Of a stretch of DNA of 64,000 nucleotides, positions 63,971-64,000 are shown in pieces. The notes beneath the pieces were generated by a model. The model searched no databases, had not been told where the DNA came from, and saw only the letters and a program-made list of their open reading frames with translations. This stretch comes from Raillietiella orientalis (Eukaryota), in NCBI GenBank assembly GCA_036172245.1, contig JAYWIR010000066.1, forward strand, positions 186,001 through 250,000, read 5' to 3'. Position 1 is the first letter of the stretch, and every line of letters begins with the position of its first letter. The translations under genes and the position numbers were made by a program.

Positions 63971-64000
63971 AAATCAAAATGATGGCAGTTCACGTGCTTT

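Overview
Eukaryotic genomic DNA, most likely an arthropod, judged from the close resemblance of the RyR and cofilin proteins to the insect/pancrustacean versions. No prokaryotic features (CRISPR, rRNA operon) are visible, and almost all long ORFs in the supplied track are spurious products of GC-rich or low-complexity DNA. Four spliced genes can be reconstructed by hand with GT-AG introns and consistent phases: (1) the 5' part (~1165 codons, 25 coding exons) of a ryanodine receptor on the minus strand, 26614 to 1367, running off the left edge; (2) a 148-aa cofilin/ADF (twinstar-like) on plus, 51092-52393; (3) a ~1506-aa ABCC10/MRP7-like transporter on minus, 57600-52477, tail-to-tail with cofilin; (4) a perilipin/PAT gene on plus from 63168. 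Positions 1 to ~48.5 kb are GC- and CpG-rich and full of repeats: an A-tailed retroposon family in at least 3 copies (one split by a LINE fragment with a target-site duplication), a tRNA-derived SINE family, LINE and gypsy relics, a 100-bp higher-order tandem repeat, and mini/microsatellites. The cofilin-ABCC10 block is AT-rich, CpG-poor and has very short introns. I found no demonstrably new biological system. The best leads are the inverted retroposon pair bracketing RyR exons 2-21, the 100-bp hairpin/CRE array, the nested insertion, the CpG boundary, and the stop codons embedded in poly(A) signals of the convergent gene pair.
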